Source: a virus
Virus record (IMG/VR): IMGVR_UViG_3300045988_043560
Location: 1-6,102 of that record
Length of the DNA: 6,102 bases
Reading direction: 5' to 3' (one strand)
Shown here: one piece after another, positions 5,462 through 6,102 of the stretch
How positions within the stretch are numbered: the stretch's first letter is position 1
Layout: the number at the start of each line of letters is the position of its first letter
Translations under genes and position numbers: made by a program
The notes under the pieces: model-generated
The model's database searches: none
Told to the model about the DNA's origin: nothing
Seen by the model: the letters and a program-made list of their open reading frames with translations, nothing else

Positions 5462-5617
5462 ATGAAAACAATGTTTATCGTAGAATTCAGAGAAAAAACA
5501 GACAACAAAAGAAATTGCTTTATAATTGAAGAAGCAACAATCAGCAAAGCATTCAAAGAAGCTGAAAAAATATGCAAAATAAAAAATGTAAAACTTATAG
5601 GAATTAAAGAAGCTTAA
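5462..5617 (+). CDS. Hypothetical small protein (51 aa); below the ORF-track length cutoff
   Basis: Hand translation gives MKTMFIVEFREKTDNKRNCFIIEEATISKAFKEAEKICKIKNVKLIGIKEA, with the stop TAA at 5615..5617. It is the first ATG ORF after the predicted promoter and is on the same strand as all other genes. No motif was recognised. Confidence 0.4.
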   Translation: MKTMFIVEFREKTDNKRNCFIIEEATISKAFKEAEKICKIKNVKLIGIKEA

Positions 5618-5648
5618 CAACATTATTAACTATAAAAATTTAAAAATT

Positions 5649-5855
5649 ATGGCAGCAACAAATTGGACAATTATCAGAAGAGAAAAAGCAAGCAACCAAA
5701 TGCTAACATTCAACTTGGAAGCAAAATGGACTTACAAAACAGCACTAGGTATCGCAATTGAATCAAACAATGACGAAATATACGAGCTCGTGTGCGTAGT
5801 AGAAACCCATAAAATGATGCCGAAAAATGATAAAGAAACAAAAAAAACAAAGTAA
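5649..5855 (+). CDS. Hypothetical protein (68 aa)
   Basis: It has an ATG start, lies on the + strand and sits 31 nt after the previous ORF. The sequence has mixed composition and is not a low-complexity artefact. No motif was recognised. Confidence 0.5.
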   Translation: MAATNWTIIRREKASNQMLTFNLEAKWTYKTALGIAIESNNDEIYELVCVVETHKMMPKNDKETKKTK

Positions 5856-5895
5856 ATATATCTTTCGCACCAAAGAATTCACTACTTTTAAAAAA

Positions 5896-6093
5896 ATGAA
5901 AGCCTACGCCTATTTCAACATGGGCGTAGGTACAGAAGAAGAGGTGTGGGAAATCAATGAAGATCAAATAATGAAAGCGTATAAATTAATTAAACAAGAA
6001 AGGAGGCTATTATGTATTAAAACTTACGACGTAATCGAGAAATATAAAAAATGGATTGAAAAACAACAACTTAAATTATTTAAAGATGGATAA
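5896..6093 (+). CDS. Hypothetical protein (65 aa) spanning the circularisation junction
   Basis: ATG 5896 (MKAYAYFNMGVG...) is preferred over the ORF-track start at 5827, which would overlap the previous ORF by 29 nt. The C-terminal part is probably helical and Lys/Glu-rich. The stop at 6091..6093 corresponds to 88..90 in the first repeat copy. Confidence 0.5.
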   Translation: MKAYAYFNMGVGTEEEVWEINEDQIMKAYKLIKQERRLLCIKTYDVIEKYKKWIEKQQLKLFKDG

Positions 6094-6102
6094 AAAAAAA
6101 AT
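6004..6102. repeat. Terminal direct repeat, copy 2 (circular-contig overlap)
   Basis: Identical to 1..99. An exact overlap of about k-mer length at both contig ends is typical of an assembler closing a circle and does not indicate a biological terminal repeat. Confidence 0.95.

Noticed and set aside
5827-5895. ORF-track start at 5827 for the wrap-around ORF
   Set aside because: It would overlap the 68-aa ORF by 29 nt and add a Lys-rich low-complexity leader. The ATG at 5896 follows the previous stop cleanly. The upstream start has not been excluded.
374-5967. All minus-strand ORFs in the track (374..589, 612..1058, 1224..1409, 2973..3212, 3326..3514, 3465..3728, 3536..3718, 4080..4361, 4247..4441, 5341..5577, 5351..5623, 5710..5967)
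   Set aside because: Nearly all of these ORFs lie antisense to well-supported + strand genes; 5341..5577 and 5351..5623 also extend into the non-coding region. Their Phe/Leu/Ser/Cys-rich, low-complexity translations are what the complement of an A-rich coding strand produces. Microviridae genomes encode all genes on one strand.
6001-6020. AGGAGG followed 5 nt later by ATG TAT TAA (a two-codon mini-ORF with a perfect SD)
   Set aside because: It lies inside the 65-aa ORF, where the same bases encode ERRLLCI. The mini-ORF is only two codons long. It is most simply a coding coincidence.

Overview
The window is one complete circular ssDNA phage genome of the family Microviridae. Bases 1..99 are identical to 6004..6102, which is an assembly overlap, so the unit length is 6003 nt. 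All credible genes lie on the + strand, which is A-rich and T-poor, and they are tightly packed. The three hallmark genes are present. The major capsid protein VP1 (F-like, 659 aa) is at 526..2505. A glycine-rich, coiled-coil minor capsid/pilot protein (VP2/H-like) is at 3010..4056. An HUH rolling-circle replication initiator (VP4/A-like) is at 4056..5096, with Cys-cluster, FFTGTV, HLH and YVSKY motifs. A 112-aa ORF follows VP1 and may be a scaffolding protein. Five small ORFs of unknown function (5462..5617, 5649..5855, 5896..6093 wrapping to 90, 83..283, 289..522) lie between the main non-coding region and VP1. Genome size, VP1 length and gene order resemble the Bacteroidetes-associated Alpavirinae-type microviruses more than classical gokushoviruses; this is inference and was not searched. 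There are two non-coding hubs. Hub 1 (2847..3009) contains a stop-codon hairpin, a clean intrinsic terminator and a 28-nt dif-like motif. Hub 2 (5097..5461) contains a G+C-rich cluster of stable hairpins and a polypurine tract. These are followed by an exact match to the Bacteroidetes promoter consensus (TTTG-N19-TAnnTTTG) and a perfect 14-bp palindrome. I saw no integrase, tRNA, CRISPR array or defence-system-like genes. The items most worth follow-up are the possible Xer/dif-type integration site, the hairpin cluster as an origin candidate, the promoter/palindrome pair, and the small signal-anchor or lipoprotein-like ORF as a candidate lysis or exclusion protein.
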